Shown: positions 11,551 to 25,921, counted from the first letter of the stretch. The stretch is 64,000 bases of DNA from Felis catus (GCF_018350175.1 NC_058373.1:105154001-105218000), one strand, 5' to 3'. Made by a program: numbers and translations. The notes: generated from the letters alone by a model not told the origin.

Positions 11551-13016
11551 CTAGGTTAATTCACTCTTTGGATGACAATAGCTCTCAGCTGTCCCTTTCA
11601 CAGGAGGTTGCATCCAGCAGCTCTGCCCGCGCTGAAGGGAGCGCGTCTCCGTCCTTCAGACAGCACGGACTCTAAATGGGCATCTGCATCATTAAAGTAT
11701 GTCCTCGTTTAGAAACTTTGGCAGTCCTAGTATTTAAACTGTTTCGAGGATCAAATTTTTGGTTGCCCTTACAATACTTTGTCATAGTTTTTATGTTTGC
11801 TATACTGCCGAATAAATTTCTTATCTCCCAAAGTTGAGATGCAACAACTAAGTAAAGCAACTATGTATGCTTTGTCTGTGAATTGTTCCACAGACTGATA
11901 CATTTTGTAAATAATTCTTCCAAAATCATGTATTTAAAGCATTTTTGCCATATACATTATGTAAAAAGGTGATTTTTTAAAATCAGTTTTTAAATTCATG
12001 TTTGTACATTGAAAGGGGTTTTTTTTAAACCTCCTTTTCTGTGTTTAATATGCTGTAGAGTAATAACCTAGATGCTCTAGACTGTATATCAGGATCTGAT
12101 TTACAAGAACAAAGTCAGAGCCAAACACTAGTGATGGCATAGCATTACTGAAATCATTGTTTCTTAATTTCATTTTACCACATTGTGAACTTGTGATTCA
12201 GATTCCTTCCATTTTCGCAGAGAATTAAAAAGAAAAAAAGTACTCTTGTAAAATGCACTTTCCTGTCTTTTCTTTGCAAAGCAGAAGTATTTCAATGTAA
12301 AATAAAAATGGAGCTCAGTGGGCAGTATTAATAAAGGCCATGTTTTAAACATAGGCTTTATATTTTTAGTTTTCATTTAAGTGATTGTTTTTTCCCCAAG
12401 TGCCAGTATCTTACAGTTGGAAAATCAGACTTTATAAAACAAAGCATATTCGATATATTCATCAGTCTTTACAATAAAATGTTTCTAGTACTTAATTATA
12501 AAAATGAAAAAAGTGTGTCATTCAAATCTAGTTGGAACTTGGAGGCAACCGTAGATTCATACGTGGGATATTTTAATGATTTCCTTCACTAACGATTCAG
12601 TAAATGAGATAACTGGTTACCAGCTTGAATGCCATCCCTTCTAATCAATATAAATCTAGTAATGAAGTATTGGGACTTTGCTGCAGAGAGCACAATTATA
12701 TATTCATTCAATGGGTATACGGGCACTATTAAAATCCTTCTATTTTGAAGCTGGAGAGGATTCTGAAAGTAAATGAATATTGACTATTAAATTCAAATAT
12801 GAGGCATATTTTGAATTTAGCTAAATTTAGGATAGCACTTGCATGTGACTAAAAAAGTATAAAGATACTCTTTAAAATAGAAGGTGCTGTCTCTAAAGGT
12901 ATTTGAAGATTATCGAGGTTTATTTCAGTATTCCGTTGTGTGCCTTTATTGTTTGTTGTATTTCTAGTTTTCCTGCCCTTCACTAAAAAAAACATGTTTG
13001 AACTTTGGTATATAGC

Positions 13017-13044
13017 GCACACACACACACACACACACACACAC
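13017..13044. repeat. (CA)n microsatellite
   Basis: Read directly from the sequence. Confidence 0.95.
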
Positions 13045-13224
13045 TGTCTTCTATGAAATTGCTTTAAGTTCTAGAAATCCATATGGGTTAAGCTATTAAT
13101 TTGCTTACATATTTCTTACAAATTCTAAAATATAACTTTCTTATAACCCCTGTAATTTAACAGAACTGTCAACACTGTGAAAGCATTTGAAGCTATATTC
13201 AACCACACATAAAACGTATTACCA

Positions 13225-14030
13225 TAATTCATTCATCAACAATTTGTCAGGTATCTTCTGTGTGCCAGGGACTGTGCTAAGTCCCAGAAGTTAAAACAGT
13301 GAACAAGACAGAAAAAGATCCTTGTCTTTAGGCAATGTATAATCTAATGAGATACATGTTTATTTCTTAACTATACGTGTGACAAACATATTAAGGTATG
13401 GGGTGCCATGATATACGATATAGGAGCCCAACTAGTTTGAAGGTAAAGGTGGTCAGAGAAAGCTTTGCAGAGAAAGCAACAGTAAAACTGACCCTCAGTG
13501 AGGATAATGAATTGGCTAGGGATGCAGGTTGGGAGAGTAAAGCGCTCCAAGTGCATGGGGCAAGGGGGTAATGAGCCAGGTCAAAAACACTTGAGTCGAG
13601 AGAGGCGGGAGCCAGGTCACGCAGAGACATTCATTTTATAAATAACTCCTCCCACATCATGTATTCAAAGCAGTTTTGCTGCTTTAAACCCAAACAATGC
13701 ACCTGCCCAGCTCTGCCTCTTCCTGCCCCTCTGTTCTCCCCACCACTCTGTCCCTACTTGTCCAGAGCCATCTCAAGAGCCACTTTTCAATGACGTTTTT
13801 GCTGACTTACCACCAGCAGAGTATCACTGCCTTTTATGCTCTGATTGCATTTTCAACCTATTATTTTAGTTGACAACTTGCCTTGTATTGTGTTTACTTA
13901 TGCATGCGTCTTTCTACCCTACCAGGTGTTTAGTTCCTTAAGTACCTAGTCATACTCGTATCCCACAAAATGCCTGATCCAGCATCCAATACACGGTAAG
14001 ATGGTCAAAAACTATGTTTACTTAAGTTGA
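13225..14030. mobile_element. L2 fragments
   Basis: attcattcatcaaca...tgtgccagggactgtgctaag...agtgaacaagacag is the typical reverse L2 3' end; a forward L2-like tail lies near 13900-14030. Confidence 0.6.
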
Positions 14031-14752
14031 AAAAAATTACTTTTGAATTGCTATTGTTTCTGTTTTCTACCAGTGATTCTTATGTACAAGTCAGACATCT
14101 ATAAGTTGTCTTTGTGGTTCTTTTCACAAGGGAATAATGTGAAAATACCATTTGAACAGGGTAGACGTGTTAAACCATCTAATCCTCAACTCAAAATATT
14201 CTTAAACTGATGAATTTTTTTCCTTCTTGTGTCTTCTTCCCTCTTCCATTACTCCACATGGTTACACACAGATTTTTATCCCATTACAGGAAGACAACGG
14301 TATATGATGGCATTCATCATTAGTGAAGGTTGAAGGACTCTTACAATGGAGTCTGTACTAATGCAGAATTTCTAACATATGCTTGGTGTTTTCACACAGG
14401 AGACATTTTTTTTTGTAGGTCTTTACATTTTGTTACAAAACCAAATGACGTTTTTTCTTGTTAAGCACAAACAACCTTTTTATATATTCATATTAGACCC
14501 ATTATATCTTTTTAAATATCTTTTAAAACAGAGTAAGAAGGGCAGTGTTTATAATTTTAGAATTTGAAGTTAACAAAATTATGAAATTATCTTCATTTTG
14601 TAATCTGTATCATCAGAATTCATTTTGAAAAGTTCCACGACAAGCTTAAAACTGTCACGTAAATAAATGATTATTCCACACAAGTAATTAGATTTCTTCT
14701 CAACGCTAAGTTACATTAAATAAGACCATGTGGTTCAAGAGTCTCACCAGTT

Positions 14753-15131
14753 TAGGTTGCCAGATTTAGCAAATAAAAACACAGGACACACAGCTAAGTT
14801 TGAATTTCAGACCAACAACAGATAATTTTTTAGTGTAAGTATGCCCTATGTAAAAGTTGTTACTGGGGTGCCTGGGTGGCGCAGTCGGTTAAGCGTCCGA
14901 CTTCAGCCAGGTCACGATCTCGCAGTCCGTGAGTTCGAGCCCCGCGTCGGGCTCTGGGCTGATGGCTCAGAGCCTGGAGCCTGTTTCCAATTCTGTGTCT
15001 CCCTCTCTCTCTGCACCTCCCCCGTTCATGCTCTGTCTCTCTCTGTCCCAAAAATAAATAAACGTTGAAAAGTTGTTACTTACCTGAAATTGAAATTTAA
15101 CTGGGCATCCCATATTTTATCTGCAAATCCT
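14753..15131. mobile_element. MER53-like palindromic hAT MITE split by a young CanSINE (14865-15067, +)
   Basis: taggttgccagatttagcaaataaaaac...ctgaaattgaaatttaactgggcatcccatattttatctg. SINE flanked by target-site duplication aaaagttgttact (14852-14864, 15068-15080). Confidence 0.8.
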
Positions 15132-16101
15132 GCAAGTAATTTCTTTTCCACTATATCCCAAGACATATTTATACTCTAGAGAACTTTTTCTCGGTCCCCA
15201 AACCTTTTTATGGAGGATAGCAAACTCTGAAGTTTCTCTTGGTTTCAAAGGATGAATGTGCCTCGGCAGTCCATAAGGGATTCTGAGAATTAAACCATTT
15301 CCTTGATGTAGCCATTATCTCCAAGACTGCCCTTATAATAGCTAAGCTTTGACAAAACAGTTGTGAACACACTCAGGCTTTACTGGTGGTTTTCCTTTGA
15401 TGGGGCAGTTTTCCCACCAAGTGGTAACTGCTCTCAGAAATTCTCTTGGATCCCGATCCAAACCTGCTCTCAAAAACCGAAACTAAATCTAAATCCATTG
15501 AAATTTAAAACTTTCTAAGGCACTTAATAATTATGAATAAAGCCACTAGTAGTATACACATACAGGCTTTTGCGTGGACATAGGTTTTCAATTCCCTTGG
15601 GGAAACACCTAGAAGTAAGGTTGCTGGATTGTATGTGCACTCTACAATTCTGCATTCCCAGCAGTGATACACAAGAATTCAGTTGCACTACATCCTTGTC
15701 AGCATTAGATATATTCATTTGGGGTTTTTTGTTTTGCCATCTAATAGGTGCATAGTGGTATTTCATTGTGTCTTTTTTTTTTTTTAATTTGCATCTCCTT
15801 AGTGATTAATGATGTCACACAGATTTTTTTAATGTCTTGCAACCTCAAGCATTAGAAAGTATTTAAAAAAATAGGAATTCCCATGTAGTGTGTGCAGGTA
15901 TAAATTAATACATCTATTTTGGTTTGTAAAGATGAGGGGAACACCCCCTTGACCAAACAGTTCCATATATCCTAGAGAAAATCTACGGTGTATGCTCCAA
16001 GAGATTTATGTTAGACTATTCTTTGCAGAATGGTTTGTGCTGACCAAACATCTTAAATGTCCATTAACAGAAGAATGGATAAAAAAAATTATGGCTCACT
16101 C

Positions 16102-16312
16102 AGGGTGCCTGGATGGCTCAGTCAGTTAAGCATCCGACTTTGGCTCAGGTCATGATCTTGCGATTTGCGAGTTTGAGCCCGTGTCGGGCTCTGTGCTGAC
16201 AGCTCAGAGCCTGGAGCCTGCTTTGGAGTCTGTGACTCCCTCTCTCTGCCCCTCCCCGCTCACGCTCTGTCTCTCAAAAAAATAAATAAATGTTAATAAA
16301 ACATAAATAATA
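16102..16312 (+). mobile_element. CanSINE
   Basis: SINE head, CT tract and A-tail; flanked by aaattatggct. Confidence 0.9.
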
Positions 16313-16502
16313 AATTATGGCTAATCAATTGAAATACTACAAAGAAACCAGGGAATAATAAATAGCAGAATTAGGACCCCCGCCCATTTCTGGTTCCCCA
16401 GTCAGTATTTGTTCCATTACGTTAGTGTCTTAAGCTTCTGCTCCCTGGGTATCATGGTTGCATTTTTAACAAAGACATCATCGTTTTAAATGACTACAAT
16501 GA

Positions 16503-16748
16503 GGGGCGCCTGGGTGGCGCAGTCGGTTAAGCGTCCGACTTCAGCCAGGTCACGATCTCGCGGTCCGTGAGTTTGAGCCCCGCGTCGGGCTCTGGGCTGA
16601 TGGCTCAGAGCCTGGAGCCTGTCTCCGATTCTGTGTCTCCCTCTCTCTCTGTCCCTTCCCCGTTCATGCTCTGTCTCTCTCTGTCCCAAAAAAATAAATA
16701 AACGTTGAAAAAAAAAATTTTAAATAAATAAATAAATAAATAAATAAA
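16503..16748 (+). mobile_element. Young feline CanSINE with (TAAA)n tail
   Basis: Target-site duplication taaatgactacaatga on both sides. Confidence 0.93.
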
Positions 16749-17039
16749 TGACTACAATGAGAACTTATGGGGTATGGGATTCTCCTTAATAGGACTTATC
16801 AGTACTCATTTATAACTGAGCTAACTATTTGAACATGGCAAATCACTTGACCACTGCCAAGTGTCAGATTTCTTATCTCTAAAGTGGAAAGGTTTAGATT
16901 CTAAAATTGTTTTTAATAACTGCTTTAGTTTCAGAGGCATTTAAAAAGTTTTAAATCTATTGTTTGAGTAGGTAATACATCCAGATGGTTCAAAATAGGA
17001 CACCAGACTATGTGACAATCTCCTACCTTTGGCCTTACT

Positions 17040-17899
17040 TTCCCCTTCCCAGAGGCAACTGGTGTTATCAGTTATCCTTCCAAAAACAACTATGCTTTCC
17101 TGATTATTTTTACAGCAACACAGATACCAACACACCACAATTTATTATCTGCACCCATAATGATGGACATTTTGCTCTGTTCTAATTTTTAATACAATGC
17201 TGTAGCTAACAGCCTTATATATATGTCCTTTCACACATGTGTGAGAATGCCTATAGGATAAATTCCTCGAGTGGAATCACTGGAGCAAAGTATTTGTGCA
17301 GCTTTAATCTCAACAGATATTGCCAAATTGTCTTCCATGAAAGAGTTGGAGACAATGTGGAGGAACTAGAATTCTCACACCCTACTGGTGAGAACACAAA
17401 ATGGTACAGGTACTTTGGAAAAATTTTGGCAATTTCTTAAAAAGTTAAACTTATGACCCAGTCATTCCACCTGTTGATACTCAGCTAAGAGAAATGAAAG
17501 CATGTGCACACGTAGTAGGTGCAAAGACTTGAAACAACCCAAATGTCCATCAGTTGATGAATGGATAAACTGTTGCATATCCATAAAGTGGAATACAGCC
17601 CAGCAATAAAAAGGAACAAACTGATGTATAGGCAACAAAACAGATAATCTCAATATAATTATGCTGAGTGAAATTTAAGCCAGACAAAAGAGTACACATA
17701 CTTTATAATTCCATTTATATAAAATTTGAGAAAATACATTATAATCTATAGTGACAGAAAGCAAATCAGTGGTTTCCTGGGAAACTGGTAAGGAATGTGT
17801 AGTGGATAGGGTAGGAGTAAGGGATTACAAAGAGGCCCAAGTAAACTTTTGGGGGTTATGGATGTGTTCACTAATTTGGTTGTGGTGATGGTTTCATGG

Positions 17900-17932
<33 letters not shown>

Positions 17933-18030
17933 CATATATATATGTATATATACACACACATACACACATATATATATATATACATATGTGAAAATTAATA
18001 AAAGTGCATTTTAAGTGTGTGCAGTTTGGA
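17040..18030. mobile_element. Old L1M 3' fragments (both orientations) with a compound (TG)/(TA)/(CA) microsatellite at ~17899-17986
   Basis: L1 3'UTR motifs aaacaacccaaatgtccatca and tatgctgagtgaaa, plus dinucleotide runs. Confidence 0.7.
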
Positions 18031-18224
18031 CAAAAAAACCCCAGCAATGTCTAAAACAAATATATAGGGAACATGTAAACCCAAGGTCACTGTGGTTAGG
18101 TAGTACAGAGACTAGACAGGTCAGTGTTGTTTTGTTTTTAGGTTGGTGAAAGCAATGAGAGATTTCTTTTCCCCATCTAGGTATGTGTGTCATGACCTTT
18201 TCCTGGTTCCTTTAACCAGAGTTC

Positions 18225-18940
18225 TTTTTTTTTTTAGTTTATATATTTATTTTGATAGAGCGTGCGTACGTGCCTATGCACACACGTGAGTGGGGGGGGG
18301 GTGGAGCAGAGGGAGGGGAAGAGAGAGAGAATCTCAAGCAGGTTCCACACTGTCAGCACAGAGCTGAATGCGGGAATCAAATTCATGAACCATGAGACCA
18401 TGACCATGAGTTGATCAAGAGTTGGACACTTAACCAATTAAGCCACCCAGGTACCCTCCAGTCCAATATATTAAATGGGGAGTATAAACAGAAACCCTAT
18501 TTTTCATAATTTACCTAAGCCAATTTATGTACCCCTTTTCCTCTAACATCTGGGCAGTTCTCAATACCTTTTTGAAAATGATGCTATTAACTTGAAACTT
18601 TTACTGTAATGACTTTGGGTAATCATTCTTGGATTACATGTTATGTGACTATCATTTCTTGTTAGAATGTATATTCTTTCATCCTAAGTTGCTAGTTTAA
18701 TATCCCATGATTCCTGACTTGCAGGTTTTTTTTTTTTCCAACGTTTATTTATTTTTGGGACAGAGAGAGACAGAGCATGAACGGGGGAGGGGCAGAGAGA
18801 GAGGGAGACACAGAATCGGAAACAGGCTCCAGGCTCTGAGCCATCAGCCCAGAGCCTGACGCGGGGCTCGAACTCCCGGACAGCGAGATCGTGACCTGGC
18901 TGAAGTCGGACGCTTAACCGACTGCGCCACCCAGGCGCTC
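18225..18940 (-). mobile_element. Two reverse CanSINEs (~18225-18455; 18726-18940 young type)
   Basis: Poly-T, (GA)n and reverse head; the second has target-site duplication attcctgacttgcag. Confidence 0.9.
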
Positions 18941-19329
18941 CATTCCTGACTTGCAGTTTTATCACACTTTCTCTGATTCACTGTCTTCAGCTTCCATGTA
19001 TTTTCTTTATTGTCTCAAGATTCCCTCCCTCCTCGATGCTAGCTGCTAGCTTCATTTCCCTTTAGCGTTCTCTTGGGTCATATATATCCTCAAAGCATTT
19101 AACCTAACCTTGAGATACTGCTCAGTTATATCTTATCCGTACTAAGGTACTGACATAAGTAAGAGACAAGGGAATGGCTGGTATCTAAAAGAATGTGGTA
19201 GTATTAAGATGACTTTACATGCAGAAATCAGTGGTTCTTTTTTTTTTCATTAATTGGTTCAACAAATATCAATAAAGTGCTTTCAGTATAGGTACTGCTC
19301 TAGTGGAGCAGAATTTTAGAATAGATACA

Positions 19330-22150
19330 ATTTGACAGTAACAGATTTCAAAAGACAACTATCTAGTTCTTTGAGATGATCAATAAAATTGACAAACCTC
19401 TAGCCAGACTGATTAGGAAACAGAAAAGACACAAATTACCAATATCAGGAATGAGAGAGATGACATCACTACCTATTGTACCTATACCTATTAAAGGAAT
19501 AAAAAGGGAATTATCACAAACATCTTTATGCTAAATGAATTCAACAACTTAGATCCTATATTTGTGAAAGAAATGGAATTGAAGTTAAAAACCTTCCCAC
19601 AGGGTGCCTGGGTGGCTCAGTCGTTAAGTATCTGACATGAGCTCAGGTCATGATCTCACAGGTCATGAGTTCCAGTCTCACACTGAGTGAGCTCAAGCCT
19701 CACTTCGTGTAAAACATGAGCCCCAGGTGAACCCTACTTCTCTCTCTCTCTCCTCTCTCTCTCTGACCCTCGTGGGATTCTCTCTTTCTCTCTCTCTGTC
19801 TCTCTGCCCCTTGCGCCTGCCCTCTCTCTCTCACTTGCACCTGCCCTCTCTCTCAAAACAAATAAACAAAAAAACCTTCCCACAAAGAAAACTCTAGGTC
19901 CAGCTATCTTCACTTTTAAGGAAAGACATAATACTACCAAATGTTTAAGAAAGACATAATACTAATTCTACTTAAACTCCTCCAAAAATTGAAGAAGAGG
20001 GAATCTTCTAACCCACACAATGAGGCCAGTATGACTTTGACACCAAAACCAGACAAAGACATTGCAAGAAAAGAAAACTAAAGGCCAGTACCATTCATGA
20101 ATACATATGCAAAAAGTCTAAACATTTTAGCAAGTAAAATCCAACAACTTATTAAAAGGAAAACACAACATGGGTCAAGTGGAGTTTATCCCAAGAATGC
20201 AGGGTTGGTTTAATATTCAAAAATCAACACAATTCATCATATTAAACTGAAACAAAAAAACGTAAGATACAGAAAAAACATCTGACAAAATCCAACATGT
20301 ATTCCTGAAAAAATCCCAGCAAACAGAAGAGAATTTCCTCAACCCAATGAAGGAAAAACCTACAGTTAATAACATACTTAATGAGGAAAGACTGAATTCT
20401 TTTCTCTAAGATTAGGAATAAAACAGGGATGTCCACTCTTCACTATTTCTATTCAACACTGTATTGAAGTTTCTAGCCAGAGCATTCAGGCAAAAGAAAA
20501 AACAAACAAAAAAGATCATAGACATCTAAACTGGTGAGTTTAGCAAGATTGCAGTATTCAAGATCAATATACAAAAATCAATCATATTTTTATGTACTAG
20601 CAATAAAGAGAAATTAAAATTTTTAAAATTCCACTTAGAATTGCATCAAAAATATGAAATATGTTGGGGTAAATCTGACAAAGGATGGGAAAGACCTCTA
20701 ACACTGAAAACTACAAAATCTTGCTAAGGCCAAACAAAGAAAGTCTAAGTAAATAAGGAGATGCATCTTGCTCATAATCATAAAACTTAATGTTAAGATT
20801 TTCTTTGCTTCTCAAATTTAATACAATCACAATCAAAATCCCAGGGTTTTTTTTTTTTTTTTGGTAGAAATTGACAAACTAATTATAAAATGTGTATGGG
20901 AATGCAAAGGACCCAAAATAGCCAAAACAACTCTTAATATTAAGTTGGAGGCTTAACAGTACCTGGTTTCAAGAATTATTATGAACCAAACAGCATTAAG
21001 AACAGCATTTTGAACAAATAGAACAATGAAACAGAACAGAGCTCAGAAATAAGTCCCCATATATATGGACAACTGGTTTTTGATAAAGGCACGAGGACAA
21101 TATAATGAAAAAAAGGATAGTCTTCTAAAGAAAATGGTGCTGGAACAACTGGAAGACCGTATATACAACAACAACAAAAAATAACTTGGAACTGTACCTC
21201 ACACCATATACAATAATTCCAAATGATCACAAAAGCTAAAACTATAAACTTTTTGGGTTTTTTTTGAGAGAGAGGGAGAGAGAATCTTAAGAAGGCTCCA
21301 TGCTCCAGTGTGGAGCCTGATGCAGGGCTGGATCCCATGACACTGGGGATCCATGACCTGAGCTGAATTTATGAGATGGATACTCAACTGACTGAGCCAC
21401 CTAGGTGCCCCAAACTGTAAACGTTTAAAAGAAAATAGGAGAAGATCTTTGTCACCTTATGCCTAGTTGGGTTTGACAAAAGATTTCTTAGATAAAATAT
21501 CAAAAGCGTAATCCATAAATGGAATAAATTGATAAATGTACTTCATCAAAATGAAAAACTATGGCTCTTTAAAAGAGACTGTTAAAGGAATAAAGACAAG
21601 AAATAGCCTGGGAGAAAATATTTGCAAAGCATATATCAGATAAAGGACTTGTATAGTCCTTTATAGATAAAAAGTCCTTTATAGATAAAAAGATCTATAC
21701 AAGGACTTGTATAGTCCTTGTATAGATAAAAAGGACTATACAAGTCCTTGTATAGATAAAAAAACCTCTCAAACTCAACAATTAAAAAAACAATGCAGGG
21801 GCACCTAGGTGGCCCAGTGAGTTGAGCGTCCAACTTTGACTCAGGTCATGGTCTTGTGGTTAGTGAGTTCAAGCCCCACATTGGGTTCTGTGCTGACAGC
21901 TCAGAGCCTGGAGCCTGCTTCAGATTTTGTGTCTCCCTCTCTGCCCCTCCCATTTGTACTCTGTCTCTCTCTCAAAAATAAAATAAATTTAAACATTAAA
22001 AAATTAAAAAACAAAAACAATGCAAGGGGTGCCTGGGTGGCTCAGTCAGTTAAGCATGTGACTTTGATTTTGGCTCAGGTCATGATCTCATGGTTTAGGA
22101 GTTTGAGGCCCATGTCTGGTTCAGCACTGGCAGTGTGAAGCCTGCTTGGG

Positions 22151-22188
<38 letters not shown>

Positions 22189-24315
22189 CCTCCCCTGCTT
22201 GTGCACTTTCTCTCTCTCTCAAAATAAATAAATAAAGTTTAAAAATGCAGTTAAAAGAAACAGACTAAAGATTTGAACATACACTTCATCAAAGAAGATA
22301 TACGAATGGCCAATAAAGCACATGTAAACGGTGTTCATACAGAAAATGAGATAACTCACAAACTAGAAAATATTTATAAAAGATGTATCTGACAAAGGAC
22401 TGTTTTAGTACATTCGAGCTGCTATAACAAAAATGCCATAAATTTGGTGGCTTATAAACATTTATATCTCACAGATCTGGAGGTTGGGAAGTCCAGTAAA
22501 GGTGCCAGCATGGTTGGGGGGGGCTTTTGGGGCAAAGGAGGCTAGGTTGCTCTGTGGAGCCGCTTTTATGAGGGCACTAATCTCAATCATGAGGGTTCCA
22601 TCTCAGGATATAATCACCTCTCCCAACCCCCACCTCCTAATACCATCATTAGAGACTAGAATTTTAACAACATGAATTTCAGGGGTCCACAACCATTCAG
22701 ATCAAAGCAGACTATTATCCAAAATAAACAAAAAAAATCCTCTTCCAATTCAACAATAAGAAATACTGGATTTTAAAATGGGCCAAAGACCTTAACAGAC
22801 ACTTCATCAAAGACGTACAGATGACCAAAACAAACAAACAAAAAAGTACAGATGGCTACTAACCACATGAAAAGATGCTCCACATCATATGTTAACAGGG
22901 AAATGCAAATTAAAACTATTAGATATATCTACACTATTAGTATACAAAAGTCCAAAACACCGACAATAGCAAATGCTGGCAAGAATGTGAAACAACAGAA
23001 ACTTTTCATTTGTTGCTGGTGGGAATGCAAAAATGGAACAGCCCCTTGGGAAGACAGTCTAGCTGCCTCTAATTCCTTATAAAAGTACACCTGTTACCAT
23101 ATAATCTGGCAATCATGCTCCTTAGTATATTTACTGACGGTGAAAACTAAGGAATTGAAAAATCTGCACACAGTTGTTGACAACAGCTTGATTCATAAAT
23201 GCCAAAACTTGGAAGCAATCAAGATGCCCTTCAGCGGGTGAACGAAAAACCTTGGTATATCCAAACAGTGGGAATCATGTAGCACTAACAGAAGTCAGCT
23301 ATCAAGCCATGAAAAGACATGAAGGAAGTGTAAATGCATATTACTAAGTGAAAGAAGTCAATCTGAAAAGGCTGCACATTGTATGATTCCAAGTATATGA
23401 TATCCTGGAAAAGGTAAAAGTGCCGATACAGTAAAAAGATCAGTGGTTGCCACCGGCTGGGGAGTGGGGTGGAGGGATGGATAGGTGGAGCACAGAGGAT
23501 TTTTAGGGCAGTGAAACTATTCTGCATGTTACCATGATGATGGATACATATTACTATACATTTGTCAAAACACACATTGGTACATCAAGCGTGTACCCTA
23601 GTGTAAACTATAAACTGTGGGTGACAATGATGTGTAAATGTAGGTTTATCAGTTATAACAAATGGGGCAGTCTGGTGTGGTGCCACACTCTGGCGTGGTA
23701 GCACTCTAGAATGGTAAAATTAAGAAGGCTGGCCAACCAAATGTGGGTAACGGTACGAAGTAACTGAAAGTCTCATACGCTGTTGGCGGGAATGCAAAAT
23801 GGTACAACCACTTTGGAAAAATGTTTGGCAGTTTCTTTAAAAATTAAACATAGTCCTACCGTATGATCTAGCCATTTCACCTGTAGGTATCTACTTAAGA
23901 GAACAGGAAATATGTGCTCATATAAAGACTTACATACAAATATTTATAGCAGTAATAGCGAAACACTGGAAACAATCCAAATTGTTCATCAATAGCTGAC
24001 ATGAATGGTTAAACAAATTATAGTATATCCATAAAATGGAATACGACTTATCAATAAAAATGAAGTATTGGCAAAACAACATAGATGCATCTCAAAATAA
24101 TTATGCTGAGTGAAAGAAGGCAGACAATAGAGTATTATATATTGTATGATTCCATTTATATAATGATCTAGATAATGCAAACTGATCCATAATGACAGAA
24201 AACAGGAGATGGCGGGGGAAGTGGGAAACAAAGGGCAGAAGAAGAGATTAAAAAGGGAGCCGGAGCCCGAGGAAACTTCTGAGATGATAGATATTATTAT
24301 CTTGATTTTGGTGAA
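19330..24315 (+). mobile_element. Degraded L1M ORF2/3'UTR array (probably one L1 nested in another) with internal SINEs at 19602, 21255, 21798 and 22026
   Basis: L1 ORF2 remnants (aataaaattgacaaacctctagccagactga, ggaatgcagggttggtttaatatt). The cacttcatcaaaga segment and L1 3'UTR appear twice. No intact ORF. Confidence 0.8.
22401..22709 (-). mobile_element. MaLR LTR (MLT1A/MST-like) inside the L1
   Basis: gctgctataacaaaaatgccata...ggtggcttataaaca...ctcacagatctggaggttgggaagtcc...cattcagatcaaagca. Confidence 0.75.
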
Positions 24316-24549
24316 GATTGAGAGCAGCCCGCCTGGAAAAAGATCATTTGGAGCTGAGCTAAACCCATCTCCAAGATTCTGAACCAAAAACCCTTCCCAG
24401 TTCACCAGTAACACTGGATGCTGATGTTGTCCTCTCTTCTGTTTGATTACAATCAGATTTTGACATCAGCCCAAGTTCCCAAATAGAAGACAGAGGAAGG
24501 AACACACCATACCCAACAAAATAATTATATGTGACTTACACCTGCTAAC

Positions 24550-24776
24550 TTTTTTTTTTTTAATTTTTTCTTTCAATGTTTATTTATTTTTGGGACAGAG
24601 AGAGACAGAGCATGAACGGGGGAGGGGCAGAGAGAGAGGGAGACACAGAATCGGAAACAGGCTCCAGGCTCTGAGCCATCAGCCCAGAACCCGACGCGGG
24701 GCTTGAACTCACGGACCGCGAGATCGTGACCTGGCTGAAGTCGGACGCTTAAAAGACTGCGCCACCCAGGCGCCCC
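24550..24776 (-). mobile_element. Young feline CanSINE
   Basis: Target-site duplication acctgctaact on both sides. Confidence 0.92.
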
Positions 24777-25450
24777 ATACCTGCTAACTCTTAAATTGTG
24801 AGGGCCTGGGCTGCTTCTGGCGACCGAGGGCAGTCATGCAGTGATGAACATACACTAATAATGTAAGCTGTAAACAGCAGTTCAATAACCTAACAAGAAG
24901 GATACATAATTTACTTCTTTAGGTCCTTTGGTTCTTTAGGTCCTTAGGCCTTCCTTTCGGCTCAGTAGAAAAATCAAAGCTCTGTATTTGGGGTTAGTCT
25001 TACCTCCATTTTTTTTCTGCTGTGTTTGAATAAAACAAATATTAGAAGGAAACACATCTAGGCTAGTTAAGTATCATGGGTCTCTCAGAGCCGATTTTGC
25101 TTTGGGACCTTTGTCGTGCCCAGCCCAGAAAATTCACTCCCTCCCCCCCCGGGCTAATATTATTGCTTCCAAAGTCTTCTTTCCTCCCACTGTTGAGCTA
25201 AGGTGGTCGGGGACGTGGGATGGCCGAGTTCTTTTTCGGGGACAAGGCAGACCAGGTTGGGGGCACGGGCTCAGGTGCTCAGCGGGCAGCGCTGCGCGCT
25301 AGGAGTTGACCGAAGTGAATCCACTTCAATTCGCATGTGAGGCAACAGGGGCCTGACGGAGGATCCAGTTCCAGCTACCCAGATTCCTGACACACTGTGA
25401 TGCGCCTGAGTGGGTGCCGTCGGCACAGGGACGGGAGCGCGTTTGGGTAA

Positions 25451-25921
<471 letters not shown>

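Noticed and set aside
11655..11672. REST/NRSE-like ttcagacagcacggac
   Set aside because: Half-site sequence and spacing do not fit TTCAGCACC-nn-GGACAG.
14841..15068. Recurrent similar ORFs (APGWRSRLSVRL / MGQRETEHERGR) suggesting a gene family or array
   Set aside because: These are translations of CanSINE copies, not genes or CRISPR-like repeats.
19602..19872. SINE with an unusual internal extension
   Set aside because: Probably a known longer feline SINEC variant; I cannot show novelty without a repeat-library search.
24420..24470. Possible pre-miRNA hairpin (gctgatgt...acatcagc)
   Set aside because: Only ~8-10 bp of outer stem, with a poorly paired interior.
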